Below are positions 50,472-63,379 of a DNA stretch of 64,000 bases, piece by piece. The notes under the pieces were generated by a model that was given only the letters and a program-made list of their open reading frames with translations, made no database searches and was not told the origin of the DNA. The DNA comes from Octopus sinensis. Taxonomy: Eukaryota. The stretch spans positions 161,448,001 through 161,512,000 of the forward strand of contig NC_042997.1 of assembly GCF_006345805.1 (NCBI RefSeq), in the 5' to 3' direction. The translations under genes and the position numbers were made by a program. The stretch's first letter is position 1. Each line of letters opens with the position of its first letter.

Positions 50472-50556
50472 ATAATAGTTATCGCCATACTAATAAGCGG
50501 ACAGCTTTATTCTTATTTTTATAAGAATGCCATATTAGTATGGCGCTAACTATTAT
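50472..50556. repeat. 85-bp hairpin element (mini-MITE-like)
   Basis: 24-bp arms 50472-50495 and 50533-50556 (23/24); inner ATTCTTAT/ATAAGAAT hairpin. Confidence 0.8.
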
Positions 50557-51029
50557 ATATATATATATATATATATAATTTTCTATTGTCTTGGTTTAAC
50601 AGCCCTCACCGTTTGTTTTTACTGTTTTGTTCTCACTGCCGTGTTCTTGTTACCACTTTTACCACCTGCAAAAAATCCCAAATTTTATTTAATTTGTTTT
50701 TCGGGAAGGACTGTTTCAACGAAGTTGCATATAGTCCTTGCCTTTGAAACACGGAGTAGATGAAACTGAGACAACTGAAGAAGGTAAATATTCTTCATAT
50801 TGCATGTCTCATTTCTCTGTTTTTTTCCTTGTTCGAAGAAAAGTTCGTTTTTATGTTTTTGTTTTTTATATTTTCATTTCTCATTGTGTTCAACGTTTTT
50901 TTGATGTCCTGTACCCATATAGGCATGTATATATACATATATATGTAGGTATGTACATATATGTTTGTATATATTATTTATATTATTATCATTATTATTA
51001 TTATATATATATATATATATATGATTGTT

Positions 51030-51300
51030 ACCAGCATTGCCTTATTGGCACCTGTGCTGGTGGCATGTGTAAAAAGATTTGAGTGAGGTCATTGCCAGTA
51101 CCGCCTGACTGGCCCCTGTGCCAATGGCATGTAAAAAGCACCCACTACACTCTTGGAGTGGTTGGCATTATGAAGGGCATCCAGCCGTGAAAACTCTGCC
51201 AAATCAAGATTGGAGCCTGGTGCAACCATCTGGTTCGCCAGCCCTCAGTCAAAATTGTCCAACCCATGCTAGCATGGAAAGCAGATGTTAAACGAACGAT
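51030..51300 (+). mobile_element. F3 with two modules
   Basis: Conserved F3 3' half. Confidence 0.85.
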
Positions 51301-52003
51301 ATATATATATATTTTCTACCTTACACATACATACATAAAAATATGTATGTATGCATATGAAATTTGTAGTGCTTATTGTAATGCAATAACTCAAATGCAG
51401 AAAATTAAAAACAATTAATTAATTTTTATCAAGCTATATAATTGTTTCAGATGTGGCTTATGCATAATTTGTATTTCTTCTTGATTAAAACCTGAAATTT
51501 CAAAGCAAATAGATAAATTTATAACCCACATAGTTCTGCTATAAGAATAAAGAATCTATGTACATACACACAAATATGTGCATGTGCATGCACATATGCA
51601 TGCACACACACACATACATGCATGCACACACACACATACATGCATGCACACACACACATACATGCATGCACACACACACATACATGCATGCACACACACA
51701 CATACATGCATGCACACACAAACATACATTGGATGATTATTGACATGAAACCTACAAAATGTAAGTTTTAATGTTTGCCAAAATGATTTCTTCTCTCTAA
51801 TAATTGAAATATCATATTGTCTTCAAAAGGGTTAGAAACTTCAAAAGACACTTGATATTGCTGTTCTTGATTGGTGCTTCTCAAAAGAACCCTGCTGTTT
51901 TTGTTAATTAGTCATTGCTCAGCACTCATCAAGCAAATCAATACTGAAAGAATATAATAATCATATCCAGGCCATATTTTCTCACATATGCTGTATAGTA
52001 TAT

Positions 52004-52555
52004 CTGGAGATATGCTGTGACTGCGAAGGCCCGACAAATAATGTGAGTTTATGGCTGTTTCCTGCACCAGCTTCACATAGAAGCCCCAGCCCATCCAAAG
52101 TACCTTGGCTCGCAGGACGGCCTGCTGTGCTTACCTTGGATCGTAGGGTGACCTGCTGTGCTTGAGGAGACCATTGAGTTAAGTACATCAACATCAAAAA
52201 CTCAAATGGAAATTGTAGTTGTGATACATGTGCCAGTGGCACGTAAAAAGCACTATCCGAACGTGGTCAATATCAGCGCCACCTTGACTGGCTTCCGTGC
52301 CGGTGGCACGTAAAAGCACCATCTGTTCATGGCCATTGCCAACCTCCCCTGGCACCTGTGCCGGTGGCACGTAAAAAGCACCCACAACACTCATGGAGTG
52401 GTTGGCATTAGGAAGGGCATGCAGCTATAGAAACACTGCCAGATCAGACTAGAGCCTGGTGTAGCCTCCTGGCTTCCCAGACCCCAGTTGAACCGTCCAA
52501 CCCATGCTAGCATGGAAAGCGGACGCTAAACGATGATGATGATGATGATGATGAA
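52004..52555 (+). mobile_element. 5'-truncated RTE LINE: ORF end (WRYAV) plus modular 3' UTR (F3)
   Basis: TGGAGATATGCTGTG at about 52005 and CTGTGCTTGAGGAGACCATTGAGT at about 52156 match the RTE C-terminus at 59767; three hairpin modules follow, then (GAT)n. Confidence 0.85.
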
Positions 52556-53099
52556 TATGTGTTCTTTCTTTAAATTCATAGAATGTAATCATAATGAGAT
52601 TTGGCTGCTATTTCTAGCATAATGAGCAGTGATTCCCAAAGTGGCATACACATATCCCTAGGAGTAGACAGGAGAAATTGTGCTTGTAAAATTTGTAAAA
52701 ACTCTGGAATTTATCTACATTTAAATGGTGTATCCTTAGCTCTTTCAGAAACATTTTCTCATGCTCAGAATTCTCAAAGCATTGAGTAAACCATTAAAAT
52801 TGATAGTCTGTTGCTAAGTCACTGCATCCTTCAAAAATTCAATGCTTCTCAAAATCTACCAACTTTGCTCCTGACATATCTGTATATCATTTTGTCTTTA
52901 TGGCTCTTCAACTGTTTACTTTTCTGTCTTTTTGTGTCTTATTCTGTGTACTATACATGCACTTTAAGCTGTCATTGTGTCTTACTTTACTTAACTCATT
53001 AATAACTTCTGTCCTCTCTTGTGATCTTCTCTAACAAGTTGCAGTGCATCTGAGCACAGTATACAATAAGCTTATTATTATCATTATTATTATTATTAT

Positions 53100-53295
53100 T
53101 TCACTAGCATATCCAGGCAAAATGCTTAGCGGTATTTCGTCTGTCATCACGTTCTGAGTTCAAATGCTACCAGGGTCAACTTTGCTTTTCATTCTTTCCG
53201 AGTCAATAAATTAAGTACCAGTTACACACTGGGGTCGATATAATCAACTTAATCCCTTCCCCCAAATTTGAGGCTTTGTGCTTCCATTAGAAAGG
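53100..53295 (+). mobile_element. F1 SINE between (ATT)n tracts
   Basis: F1 body and AGAAAGGATT tail. Confidence 0.8.
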
Positions 53296-53349
53296 ATTAT
53301 TATTATTATAATAATTATTATTATTATTATTATTATTATCATTATTATT

Positions 53350-53384
<35 letters not shown>

Positions 53385-53430
53385 TTTATTATTATTATTA
53401 TTTATGTTGGAAAAATTTCATGAAATTCAT

Positions 53431-53840
53431 GCGTAGGAGTGGTTGTGCTGTAAGTATCTTGCTTACGAACTACATGATTCCAGGTTCAGTCTCACTGCTC
53501 GGCACCTTGGGCAAGTGTCTTCTACTATAGCCTCGGGCCAACCAAAGCATTGTGAGTGGATTTGGTAGGCGGAAACTGAAAGAAGCCTGTCGTATATATA
53601 TATGTATGTTTATATATATATATATGTGTGTGTGTGTATATGTTTGTGCGCCTGTGTTTGGCCCTCCAACATCGCTTGACAACTGATGCTGGTGTGTTTA
53701 CGTCCCGTAACTTAGCAGTTCGACAAAAGATACCGATAGAATAAGTACTAGGCTCACAAATAATGGGATCGATGCGCTCAACTAAAGGCAGTGCTCCAGC
53801 ATGGCCACAGTCAAATGACTGAAACAAGTAAAAGAGTAAA
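53431..53840 (+). mobile_element. Full-length F2 SINE
   Basis: Same as other F2 copies. Confidence 0.88.
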
Positions 53841-55035
53841 TAGATTGTTTGAAATTTTTGACTTCTGAATATAATTAATAAGAAACTATACATTGTCCAA
53901 CCATTTTACAATGTATTCAAAGTGTAAGCTACAAGAAAACATTTGGAAACCACACCACTAATACAGAGACTCAATTATTGGCTCATAAGACTCTCTTGTA
54001 GATTTATTTGTATCTTATATGTTATTAGTTGTCTTTCATGAAATTATCCTTGAAAAATAAAAGTATATTTTTAAGAAAGATATATCTTATTCATGAAAAA
54101 ATTTTCTTATTAAAATAAAAATTTTATTTTATTAAACCAATTTTTTTTTTAAATTGCTGTGGATTTTTTATGATATGCAGAGCAAATATACAAAGAGTCG
54201 ATTATAGTAACACTGATGTACAAAATTTCTTTTTGCAAAGTATTAAGATTCTAACTAAGTCTTTATCATTTCTTACAGTACATCTGCTCTGTCTGTAACT
54301 TGACCTTTGATTCTGTTTTGATATGAAAATATAAAATTTTAGTTAGAGCAACAGTGCATGAGCTACCTGAAAGAACCTTTTTACAGTTTGGCACTCGAGA
54401 GAATTTTCTTTTAAACCACAAAGATAAAACGAGCATAAAATTTAGTTTAGTAGTAACAGAGTGGTTGAACAACTGAGACACGCCACATATATATATATAA
54501 ATATATATCATTATCATCATCATCATTGTATGTCCACCTTCCATGCTAGCATGGGTGGAAATATATATGTATGTATGTATGTTTGTATGTATGTATGTAT
54601 TGTATTGTATGCATGTATGTATATATATGTGTGTGTATGTATGTACGTTTATATTTAGACATATATCATGTAATTCAGTTTTTCATTTACTTCGTTGCTA
54701 CTCAACTAAATGGTTTATTTGTTATTATTATTTAAAGTAATCTCACATACAAGATGATGACTAAATATAATGGTTAATTTTTCTGTGTTTATGTATAAAT
54801 GCATGTGTGTGTATCTGGAAATATATGGAGACATACACACACATACACACACACAGTCATGCACATATAAATACATACGCATGCATAAAGACTGTATTGT
54901 ATATGTACATATAAATGTCTGTGTGTGTGTTTATATATTCATATATATATATATATATATATATACCCTAGTCACTTTAATGACATCTATACTTCTGCCT
55001 TTTGGTTATAAATTGTGAATAAGCCACCTTCATTA

Positions 55036-55076
<41 letters not shown>

Positions 55077-55204
55077 TGTATGTATGTATGCACATATATG
55101 CATCAGGTTTTATTCATGAATATTTTATGTACCATTTAGTTATCCCAATTTAAATAAGTAACTTGCTGTGAATTACTGTCTGGTCTCACTAGCCTTTCAT
55201 ATCA

Positions 55205-56640
55205 CTAAAGCATTTGATGTGGCGAAATTAAAAATAACTACTTTCCTGGAAAACAATTAACTTCTTGATCTCTACCAACATGATTTTAGTAGTGGGATAG
55301 ACTACCTAACACAGTTCTTTTATCACTGTAATGGTGTCTTAAATGCTTTGTGAGAGGGCTACAAAACAGATGTCATTTATCTAACTCCAGTAAAACTTTT
55401 AACAGGGGTAACCACAGAATTTTGCAGCATGAATGATCCAACATCAAAGTTTGTGGTAAACTACTGCAGTGGAATAAAATGTTTCCTGACAACTGAGCAC
55501 TGTATACAATAATTTCATCATTATTATTATTATTATTTTATTATTTTACATAGAATCAAACATTGTGGGATCAATGATATTTACTTAAGACACCATAAAT
55601 TATTAGCGCCGTCCCCGCATGGCACTGTGTTAGGCCAACTTTTATTTATCATTTACATAAATGTTGCTGGAAGTGCCATTATACATAGTAAAAAAATATT
55701 TACTGATATGTCTGAGCTTCAGACTGTCATCATAGGGATATGTGACTGAAAAGAACTTCAATTTAGTTGATTCACTGGGATTTGATGATCAACAAAAATA
55801 ACATGCTGGAAAATGAGAAAAAATTTTACCTTATCCATAGTGGAAAAGATAATATTCTTAACAGCCATATTCTTTTTCCTTAAATGAGATCCTCATAGCA
55901 TCAAATAATATCAGAGATTTAGGTATAACTGTGAACAACAACTTAGCTGGAATGTGTATGATAATGAAGTCAAAATGGCCTGTAGAATGTGCTCATGAAT
56001 CATTAGAACTTTCTAGTTCTAATTTTGATGCCATCATTCTTCTCTTTTTTCCATTTGCCATGATTCAGATTGAATATTGCCCAGTATGGTCTCTGTGCAC
56101 AAAGCAAACCACTATGAGGATTGAAGCCTTCTTCCCACCTCCCAAATCACTCACAGGCTGATCTCAAAACAAATGATAATTTGCATTACATAGCCATTTG
56201 TTTGACTATTGGCTTTGCCTCAAAAAGCTCAAACGTTATTCTCTTCAATGTTACCATGAATGTACCTTATTTATACAATATGAAAAATATCCTATTGATA
56301 TTGACAATATGAAGCCAGTAGGAATTTCACAAGTCACATAAGGTGTGTTCCCCATTGCTATATGCCATCTACAAAAATTGAGCTCACAATACATAACAAC
56401 ACTGTGACACAACAGCTTATCTCAGCTGATCCTAAGTTATTCAATATTTTCCCAAAAGAAATCAATGTAAAAGACACTATAATATTCAGATGGTACCTGG
56501 ATAAATTCATCCAAGAAATACCAGACAAACCACTGACCCTGAATATATCTCAACAAAGAACACTTAAGTGGGCTCTGATGCCCTAAAGCATGACTTAAAT
56601 ACTACCCCACAATGATTAGCACACTTGGTGCTAGTAGACT
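55205..56640 (+). mobile_element. CR1-clade LINE remnant (RT domain to 3' end)
   Basis: Ordered degenerate motifs FLENN.LL..YQH.F, GKLLQW, VP(H)GTVLG, IF(T)D, PKLFNIFPKEI, LDKFIQEIPDKP; frameshifted. Confidence 0.8.
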
Positions 56641-56734
56641 AATAATGACCAAATCCTATTGAAGTTATCTAAGCTGTGGATTTGGTAAATGGAAACTGAA
56701 AAGAAGCCCATTGTATATGTATATGTATATAGAA

Positions 56735-57170
56735 ACACTTGCTTCGGATCAAGGTGGATGGTGAACAAAAGTGTGGAGTGGAGTGAAGGCATTTGAAGAG
56801 GCCAGAATAACACAGGTAAAACTTAAAAGAGATCGAAAAGATGAATGACAATGACCTTTTTGTGTGCACAGTCGATGACAGACTATGCTTGTCTTTTACT
56901 GGCATCAAATCTCATCTGCGAATACATGTTAAACAAACCTCCACCAACTATTCTGCCTATATGTCTGTGCACACCTTTCAATGCAGTGCATGCCAGAAGG
57001 TTTGCAAATCCAACAAAGGCCTCAAGAAACATTTTAAGATCCACAAAGAGCAGAACTTATCTGCAGCTCTTGGTGGTCCAAATCAGAGGTGCAATCTATG
57101 TGGGTGTCTTTTCAGAACATTGCCTGGTTTAAAAAGCCACATCAGATGCCATGATGGTCATGAGGTGTAG
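56735..57170 (+). mobile_element. RTE/BovB-like LINE C-terminal fragment with tandem C2H2 zinc fingers
   Basis: LASDQGGW*TKVWSGVKAFEEAR...KRDRK, then a frameshift into CTVD..HLRIH, CSAC..HFKIH, CNLC..HIRCH. Confidence 0.7.
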
Positions 57171-57214
57171 GTACAGGAGGTGGTCAAACTCTGCATAAGG
57201 AGTAGACAACCACA

Positions 57215-57281
<67 letters not shown>

Positions 57282-57375
57282 ATATATACATATACATATG
57301 TATATACATATATATACGTATATGTATATAAATGCATGTGAATGTGTGTGTCTGTGTGTGTATAAATTATATGTA

Positions 57376-57610
57376 TCATCATCGTCATCATCATCATTTA
57401 ACACTCGTTGTCCTTGCTTCATGGGTTGGATGGTTTGACAGAGCTGGCTAACTGGAGAGCTGCTCCAGTCTGCTTTGACATGGTTTCTACAACTGTACAC
57501 CCTTCCTAACATTAACCACTTTACAGAGTATGCTGGGTGCTTTTACATGGCACCACACATGAGCTTTTATGTGGCACTGGCAGAAGTGTTTTTTTATGTC
57601 ACACCAGCAC
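57376..57610 (-). mobile_element. Degenerate F3
   Basis: (CAT)n, ATGGGTTGGATGGTTTGAC, CCCTTCCTAACATTAACCAC. Confidence 0.7.
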
Positions 57611-58526
57611 ATACATACATATATAAATATATATATATATATATATACATATATATATACATTATATATATATATAAGTAATAATCGAAAACATATTTGT
57701 GTGTGTGTGTGTGTGTAAAGATATGCAAGTGTCCTTACTAATGTGAAAAAAGTACCCAAGGCATTTAGTAGTGCTAATATGTTTATTGAACTCTGAGATG
57801 TCATAATAATGCTACTTAGTGTTTATCATGACCATTAGCCTTACAACACTATATTTTATTATATTTCATGCAACTATGTGTGCATGTATGTATAGATAGA
57901 TACAAATTGCATTGAAACAATTTTACGGAATTTTAATAAAGCCTGTTCAATCCATCTCATATTAAGATATTTTTTTACATATTTATATATATTTGTGTGT
58001 GTGTATGTAATATCTATATATATATCACGTGACCATCGTCCATCTTTCTTTTTCTCATGTGATCATCTTTCTTTTCCTTCAGTGCTGTCTTAGAGTCTGC
58101 ACGTATCTTATCAGTGTCTCTCTTCTATCTTTTCTCTTGGCAAAGACAATATTTTTCCAGTGTTCGCTACTTTACCATGTTTGTTTTCGTTCAGTTTCCT
58201 TGTATGTCTCCATTGTCCTGTTTTTGTTACCAAATTTGACCCTACACAAATCCCAATTTTATTTTTGTTTTTGCGGGAGCAACTGCCTTCGAATTCTCAT
58301 ATTGTTGTTCAATACTCAAAATGAGGAGTAGATGGACAGCTGACAACTAATGAAGGGTCATTCTTTATGATATTTGTCCCGTTTTCCATTTGTTTCTCTC
58401 ATTATTTGCGTACCCAACTCATTTGTTTTTGTATTTCATGTTGTTTACAGTTTCTGACGTCCTGTAACCATATATGCATGTGTGTGTGTGTGTGTGTGTG
58501 TGTATGCATGTGTGTTTGTGTATGTA

Positions 58527-58576
<50 letters not shown>

Positions 58577-58593
58577 CATATTATTTATGTTAA

Positions 58594-58654
<61 letters not shown>

Positions 58655-59131
58655 CACTATTATTATTATTATTATTATCATTATTATGATGATTAAAGCT
58701 GCAAAAACATCACAAAACTATCATGAAAAATTGCTACTCAGAGTCTCACATTCCTGTCCGTCAGGTAATTGTGATCAAGAATGGAATACAAACTTTGTTT
58801 TCCATTCCTGTTCACATCTGCCCAATGAACAGGAATGTGAAACTGAGTAGCAGGTTTTTGTGATGTGTTTTTTCAGCTTTAATAATAAGGCACATTACTT
58901 GACCTCCAGTATTTGATTACAATTTGTTTCCCTGCTTGTTTCACATTTATTTGCTTACTCAGGTATGATTTCCAATGTGCATTTTTGCTTATTTTTCTTC
59001 TTACTTTCCCCTTACATTTCCATGTGTAGTTTCTATTTTCTTTCTGAGACATATTTCTAACATATATATATATATATACATATATATATCCTATATATAA
59101 ATACATACATATATATGTATATATACATATA

Positions 59132-59203
<72 letters not shown>

Positions 59204-59219
59204 TGTATGTATATAACAG

Positions 59220-59375
59220 GCTTGCACAAAGTTTCTGTCTACCAAATACACTTATATGGCAATGGTTGGCCCCCTGGGCTAGAGTAGAAGATACTTGCCC
59301 AAGGAGGAGCCAAACAGTGGGACTGAACCCAAAAACCATGTGCTTGCAACGTGAGCTTCTTAATCACACACCCAT
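59220..59375 (-). mobile_element. Degenerate F2 head
   Basis: AGAAGATACTTGCCCAAGG..GTGGGACTGAACCC on the plus strand. Confidence 0.65.
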
Positions 59376-59766
59376 GTCTTGCACCAGAATATTGATAATA
59401 ATAAAGTTAGTCAGAAGCAATGACTAACAACAGAAATCAGGATCACAACACATAACCACATTGCAGCACAATTATTTTTCCTCAACAAGCCTTGGTTTGT
59501 TTACATCCCTCGTAACTGAATGGTTTGACACAAGAAATTGGTAGATTAAGTACAAGATTTAGAAAAAAAGAATTGGAGTCAATCTGTTTGATTAAATATT
59601 TCAAGGGGTGACCCAGCGAGGCCTCAGTCCAATGACTGAAACATGTAAATGATAAAAAAAAAAGACTAAAGATACCAGTTGGAGAGAGACAGACAGACAG
59701 ACAGACAGAAAGAGAGTGGGAAAGAACATGTAGAGAGAGAGGAGAGAGGTGAAGATGTGATGAAAG

Positions 59767-60020
59767 TCGTACACTCAATGGGTCTTCTCAAGCACAGCAT
59801 ATCTCCAAAGGTCTTGGTCACTTGACATTGCCTCGGTGAGGCCCAATGTTCAAAGGCTGTGCTTCACCACCTCATCCCAGGTATTCCTGGGTCTACCTTT
59901 TCTGCAGGTTCCCTCAACTGCTAGGGTGTGATACTTTTTCACATGGCTGTACTCATCCATTCATAACACATGACCATACCAGCACAGTCATCTCTGTTGC
60001 TCACAACATCTGATGCTTCT
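59767..60020 (-). mobile_element. RTE LINE ORF C-terminal fragment
   Basis: QQR*LCWYGHVL*MDEYSHVKK...VEGTCRKGRPRNTWDEVVK...LGLTEAM..DQDLWRYAVLEKTH*. Confidence 0.85.
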
Positions 60021-60068
60021 TAATATATATGTGTGTGTGTGTGTATATATATGTATATATGTATACAA

Positions 60069-60108
<40 letters not shown>

Positions 60109-60371
60109 TTAATAATAAAAAGGTAAAATTAATCAATCAAATTAATTAATTAATCAATCAATTATTAATAATTTTACCAAGTAGATCGGTACATTAAAAT
60201 AACCTTTATAGGTAAAATTATACAAATATTCTACAATTATAAACATAATTATAATTAAGGGTCAGCTAAATAGGAGTTAAAAATTCCTTTTCTACTACTG
60301 TAAGAATCTCCACGACAGTAACACACATTTTTATGGAGGCAAAGAGAAAAACAATGAAACAACTCCAATTA

Positions 60372-60427
60372 GCCACAGACGCATTTCGAGATTAAAGTGT
60401 TTTAATTACTTCTCTCTTCAGTGTAGC
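60372..60427 (-). ncRNA. Minimal type I hammerhead ribozyme with intact core (Penelope-like terminal repeat, about 60100-60500)
   Basis: GCTACA-CTGAAGA-GAGA-N19-TCTC-GAAA-TGC-GTC-TGTGGC: 6-bp stem I, 4-bp stem II, GUC cleavage triplet. Confidence 0.75.
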
Positions 60428-60648
60428 ATTTCGAATTATAAAATTTAAAATCGGGTTAAATATGCGCACGATCGAGCGACATCATTATAAAATATTTGTA
60501 TATACATATGTGTGTGTGTGTGTGTCTGTGTCTCTGTTTACATATATATATGTATATATATATCGTCTGTAAAAAAAATAAATCTGAAAGAAGCACACCC
60601 CATATTTTCAAGAGGTCTTGGGCCAACAGGTATTGGGATCTGACAATA

Positions 60649-61410
60649 CATCATCATCATCATCATCGTCGTTTAACGTCCGTTCTCCATGCTAGCATGG
60701 GTTGGACGGTTCGACCGGGGTTCTGGGAAGCCAGAAGGCTGCACCAGGCTCCAGTCTAATTTGGCAATGTTTCTACAGCTGGATGCCCTTCCTAACGCCA
60801 ACCACTCCGTGAGTGTAGTGGGTGCTTTTTACGTGCCACCTGCACAGGTGCCAGGCGGGGCTGGCAACGGCCACGGTCAGATTGGTGTATTTTATGTGCC
60901 ACCGGCACGGAAGCCAGTCGAGGCGGTGCTGGCATCGGCCACGAGTTGGATAGTGCTTTTTACGTACCACCAGACCAGGGATCCTGGCTGGTTCAATTCG
61001 ATTTCGATTTCGCTTGCCCCAACATGTCTTCACAAGCAAAGGGGGTTGGCAAGGGTGCCTGTCGTACGGTCGCATTGGAGTATTTTACGTGCCACGGCCA
61101 CGAGTCGGATAGTGCTTTACGTACCACCAGACCAGGGATACTGGCTGGTTCAATTCGATTTCGATTTCGCTTGCCCCAACATGTCTTCACAAGCAAAGGG
61201 GGTTGGCAAGGGTGCCTGTCGTACGGTCGCATTGGAGTATTTTACGTGCCACGGCCACGAGTCGGATAGTGCTTTACGTACCACCAGACCAGGGATCCTG
61301 GCTGGTTCAATTCGATTTCGATTTCGCTTGCCCCAACATGTCTTCACAAGCAAAGGGGGTTGGCATGGGTGCCTGTCGTACGGTCGCATTGGAGTATTTT
61401 ACGTTCCACG
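60649..61410 (-). mobile_element. F3 with ~157-bp internal tandem triplication
   Basis: Units start at 60948, 61107 and 61264. Confidence 0.9.
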
Positions 61411-61573
61411 GCCCCGATCATAAAGCTAAACCCTTTATGGACAGGAAACATAAAGTAGTCTAATAAATCAGCCTTCTCTATTTTTTATATGTATATATAT
61501 ACATATATATATATTTATATATGTAATATAATTTATAGTCTTCAGACATTTTTAAGTATACTAAGTCACTAGT

Positions 61574-61802
61574 TTAACCCTTTCGTTACCAGCCCAGCTG
61601 AAACCAGCTCTGGCTCTTTAGTATAAATGTCTTGTTTTCATAAGTTTTGAATTAAAATCTTCCACCAAAACTTAGTCACAATTCATGTTCCTAACACTAA
61701 CTGAATGATAACTAAGTTATTTTACTAAATTCTTTGAAATATTTAAAATAATTGGGAGAAACAGAGAGCATCTCAATAGAAATACAGTAATGAAAGGGTT
61801 AA
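61574..61802. mobile_element. TTAA-flanked MITE, family A
   Basis: TTAA-CCCTTTCGTTAC...GTAATGAAAGGG-TTAA. Confidence 0.85.
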
Positions 61803-61854
61803 ATTGATATTATTTAATAATATTAATTTCTACTCTCATTATTTAATTTTATTA

Positions 61855-61887
<33 letters not shown>

Positions 61888-62159
61888 TGTATGTATGTAT
61901 GTATGTATGTATGTATGTATGTATGCATGTTTCAGTGCAGGCAAGCTGCATTCATTTTCAGGGAAGCTTAGTGTATTTATAGTATCGTATATGATTCAAA
62001 ATTTCAAGGACACAGACCTTGCCTTCCCACCTTTCTATGGTTTCTTAGTTTATTCTATTTTTAGACTGTCTTGTTATCATTATTATTATAGAAGATTCTT
62101 GTGATGAGTGCTGTGGTGTACAAGTGAGTCAGTGATATGTTCCTCCCCAACCTACCTAC

Positions 62160-62269
62160 CCTATAGCTTTTATCCATCTGGATTTGCTTTATTTTCTTAG
62201 AAAGTTCTTCAAGAAAAAAAGCATCATAATTATTCATTTCTTTCCCTTGTAATATTTTTAGCCTCCTGT
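62160..62269 (-). CDS. Exon-like segment, unverified
   Basis: gtcttttgtag|...|gtaggt, open frame DRRLKILQGKEMNNYDAFFLEELSKKIKQIQMDKSYR; not recognised. Confidence 0.2.
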
Positions 62270-62454
62270 CTACAAAAGACATTTTGAGATAACGAAAATA
62301 ACTCATATAGTAAAGGGGACAATTTCATACTTTACAATTTAATTTATATGAGCTGGTTTGATAGGACTGCTAAAACAGTTGTTTAACATCTGAGTTTGAT
62401 TTTCACCAAAACTAACTTTACTTTTTAGCATTAAGATCTGTAATTAAATATCAT

Positions 62455-63050
62455 AAAGTAGTTTGTCCAGTGCTAACTGGTACTTATTTCATCAACCCCA
62501 AAAGGATGAAAGGCAAAATCAACTCTGGTGACATTTGAATTCAGAACATAAAGATGGACAAAATGCTTAGCAGCATTTCATCCAGTATGCTAGCGATCCT
62601 GCCTTCATTTCTAGGTAATAATCCTTTCCTATTATAAGCACAACGCCTGTAATTTGGGGGAAGGGGTAAGTCAATTGCATCAACCCCAACGGCGAGCTGG
62701 CAGAAACGTTAGCACACCGAGTGAAATGCTTAGCGGTATTTCGTCTGCCGCTACGTTGTGAGTTCAAATTCCGCCGAGGTCAACTTTACCTTTCATCCTT
62801 TCGGGGTCGATTAAATAAGTACCAGTTACGCACTGGGGTCGATATAATCGACTTAATCCGTTTGTCTGTCCTTGTTTGTCCTCTCTGTGTTTAGCCCCTT
62901 GTGGGTAGTAAAGAAATAGGTATTTATTTAATCGACCCCAAAAGGATGAAAGGCAAAGTCGACCATGGTGGAATTTGAACTCAGAACGTGAAGACGGATG
63001 AAATACCACTAAGTATTTCGTCTGGCATGCTAACGATTATGCCAACTCGC
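62455..63050. mobile_element. F1 cluster: young plus-strand copy (62691-62920) nested inside a minus-strand copy
   Basis: Minus-strand F1 sequence resumes at 62921 after the near-consensus plus copy. Confidence 0.85.
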
Positions 63051-63317
63051 CACTTTCAGTCCCAAGTAATAATAAAAGTAACACCAACTGCTTCTAACAT
63101 AGGAACAAAGCCCAGGGCCAGTGGAGCATATTTAGTTATTTAAATTAGCTCTAGTACTTATTGACTGGTACTTTAACTGGTTCCCTGAAAGGACAAAAAG
63201 CGAAATTGACCCCTCCAGGATTTGAACTCAGAATATAAAGATCCACAATTAAATACTGCAATGTATTTTTGTTTGATATTCTGCCAATCCACAGCCCATA
63301 ATAATAATAATAATAAC

Positions 63318-63351
<34 letters not shown>

Positions 63352-63379
63352 ACAACAATAATAATAATAATAATAATAA

